DNA of 41,325 nucleotides from a virus: IMG/VR virus record IMGVR_UViG_3300045988_032064, positions 1 to 41,325 of that record; one strand, 5' to 3'. Shown piece by piece: positions 41,167 to 41,325 of this stretch (position 1 is its first letter; each line of letters starts with the position of its first letter). The notes under the pieces were generated by a model. It saw only the letters and a program-made list of their open reading frames with translations, ran no database searches and was not told where the DNA came from. The position numbers and the translations under genes were made by a program.

Positions 41167-41218
41167 GGGGCGTAGAATCGTAAAGAATAAAATTTTTTAG
41201 CTTTTTGAGGGCGCAGAT

Positions 41219-41325
41219 ATGAACCCTGAGATTATCAAGGCCATAGAGGCCATTTTGAAGCGTGGGAACGATGTAGAGATACGGCGCAAGGGCGGCGGGT
41301 ATGTCGTCCTGGAAGTAAAAAAAAC
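41219..41325 (+). CDS. 5' part of the 43-aa junction-spanning ORF
   Basis: ATG 41219. Continues into 76..100 once the repeat is collapsed. Confidence 0.45.
   Translation, partial: MNPEIIKAIEAILKRGNDVEIRRKGGGYVVLEVKK
41251..41325. repeat. Second copy of the 75-nt terminal direct repeat
   Basis: Identical to 1..75. Confidence 0.95.

Overview
The window is a complete genome of a temperate, siphovirus-type tailed phage. It closes on itself through an exact 75-nt terminal direct repeat (1..75 = 41251..41325), leaving about 41.25 kb of unique sequence. The host is probably a Gram-positive, Clostridia-like bacterium: almost every gene has a strong GGAGG-type Shine-Dalgarno site, the endolysin pairs a PG-binding domain with an M15-like peptidase, holins are present, and no spanins are visible. 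Gene order: + strand: scaffold, major capsid, neck proteins, major tail, G/GT tail chaperone with a visible -1 slippery site, tape measure, Dit/Tal-like proteins, three fibre-like genes (one 810 aa with collagen repeats), lysis cassette, two terminator-bounded accessory operons, then attP (a tRNA 3' fragment). - strand lysogeny module: integrase, membrane-anchored HTH protein, Zn-ribbon membrane protein, coiled-coil Zn-ribbon/T5orf172-like protein, CI-like repressor. + strand early genes: HTH regulators, ParB-like protein, Gp157-like protein, Sak4/AAA_24-like ATPase, DUF669-type SSB, DUF1064, a replisome organiser with internal iterons, an unusual C5 cytosine methyltransferase, and a Lar-like protein. 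After these: a RinA/ArpU-like late regulator, a small - strand cassette, TerS, TerL, portal, a MuF protein with a foreign C-terminal domain plus a putative immunity gene, and a gp10-like protein. All family names are my recognition of motifs from memory, plus gene order; no searches were run. The best candidates for something new are: (1) the seven-gene post-lysis operon at 14574..17562, whose proteins are Gln-, Gly- or Cys-rich or beta-rich and of no recognisable phage function; (2) the C5-methyltransferase locus, which is circularly permuted, split across two reading frames, and has a G8 tract at the frame junction; (3) the - strand mini-cassette upstream of terS, with two tiny hydrophobic peptides, an Xis-like HTH and two face-to-face consensus promoters; (4) the lysogeny-module accessory genes (candidate superinfection exclusion or defence); (5) the low-GC MuF C-terminal Cys/His domain with a downstream small gene (polymorphic toxin/immunity candidate).
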